Below are positions 62,951-64,000 of a DNA stretch of 64,000 bases, piece by piece (positions within the stretch are counted from its first letter, which is position 1; each line of letters starts with the position of its first letter). This DNA is from Okamejei kenojei. Taxonomy: Eukaryota. The notes beneath the pieces are model-generated. The model was not told where the DNA came from. It made no database searches and was given only the letters and a program-made list of their open reading frames with translations. The stretch spans positions 20,398,001 through 20,462,000 of the forward strand of contig CM069145.1 in NCBI GenBank assembly GCA_035221665.1. Direction: 5' to 3'. The translations under genes and the position numbers were made by a program.

Positions 62951-63717
62951 TGACTATTAATTGACAACAAAAGGGATATATTTCCCAGATTGTCTAAAAT
63001 ATATTTTTATTTCCTCCTCCAGGTATTTACCATACTTTTTACATTGAATATGCTACCTGCTTTATTTACAGCTGCAGTAATCTCCTAACTGGTCGTGGTT
63101 GAGTACTGAAAAGATTTTGCATTCTAATGATTTCTACAACACAGATATTTTTTCACAAGCCCCTTTCAACAGAAACCACAAAGCAAGTGACGGGGTCAGA
63201 ATGTGGGGCTCTTTACTGTCTCTCACACACCATTGCTGCAAGTTGCTATAGAAAGCCACAGTCATATTTCCACGGTGATAGTGACCTAATATGACTGGCC
63301 TTTCCCATCACAGGCAAGGTTCATTAACAGGGCATTTTTATTGCATCAAATGGATCACTTTCCTCACGCTAGGGATTGGAAACCAATGACGACTTTCTGG
63401 AAAGGCCTGTTCGAACATAACAGAGTTTGGAGCACTAAAGCTGTATGTTAGGTAGCTGTCCAACACCCAGGCCATTTATCCTGAATTTTCGTAGCTTAAC
63501 ATGGATAAAGCAGATTTTTTTTTCATTATTGGTCCTGAAAGAATGAGTGTTCTTTAATGACTGTTGGTGGAGAAAGAATGGGTGAACCATATCTTATTCT
63601 TGCCAATAATAATACAAATAATCATACAGTGTAATGACTTACATCTTGCACATAGCAATGAACTATAGAAAGATAGGAGAGACATGAAACGATTTGCTCC
63701 TGTACTCAGCTCCCTGC

Positions 63718-64000
63718 TGAGTACAGGAGCAGGGAGGTTCTACTTCAGTTGTACAGGGTCTTGGTGAGACCACACCTGGAGTGTTGCGTACAGTTTTGGT
63801 CTCCAAATCTGAGGAAGGACATTATTGCCATAGAGGGAGTGCAGAGAAGGTTCACCAGACTGATTCCTGGGATGTCAGGACTGTCTTATGAAGAAAGACT
63901 GGATAGACTTGGTTTATACTCTCTGGAATTTAGGAGATTGATAGGGGATCTTATAGAAACTTACAAAATTCTTAAGGGGTTGGACAGGCTAGATGCAGGA
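63718..64000 (+). mobile_element. Young 5'-truncated CR1 running off the window end
   Basis: Near-identical to the inverse of ~14946-15227 (EYRSREVLLQLYRVLVRPHLE...LDRLDAG). Confidence 0.93.

Noticed and set aside
46358-64000. Candidate acceptors for the final FAM53B exon (e.g. ~54564, ~56833, ~60557, ~62340, ~63022)
   Set aside because: None gives an NCQTF...ELDIEQIE-like peptide and all hit early stops in phase 0. The last exon is probably beyond the window.

Overview
This is eukaryotic (vertebrate) genomic DNA. The repeat content (HE1-like V-SINEs, HER1/CR1 LINEs, Deu-domain SINEs, Rex1, Penelope-like elements) points to a cartilaginous fish, probably a skate or ray; that assignment is inference. 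The window lies inside one large-intron gene on the + strand, a FAM53B orthologue. I located three coding exons with canonical, phase-compatible splice sites: 21056-21133, 25928-25982 and 45573-46357. I did not find the last coding exon or the promoter/first exon in the window. Most of the supplied six-frame ORFs are transposon remnants or noise. The most notable observations are: (1) about 17 copies of a Penelope-derived element carrying a minimal hammerhead-ribozyme core, several of them ~90-bp stand-alone insertions with their own 10-14 bp target-site duplications; (2) an inverted pair of these copies flanking the large FAM53B exon, whose human counterpart is reported to circularise; (3) five upstream ATGs, including a uORF overlapping the start codon; (4) a three-element nested transposon cluster containing an unclassified 927-bp TIR element; (5) repeated fold-back or templated-insertion scars at retroelement junctions. 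There are no prokaryotic systems, CRISPR arrays, rRNA or true tRNA genes. Family assignments come from recalled motifs, not database searches, and boundaries of old repeats are approximate.
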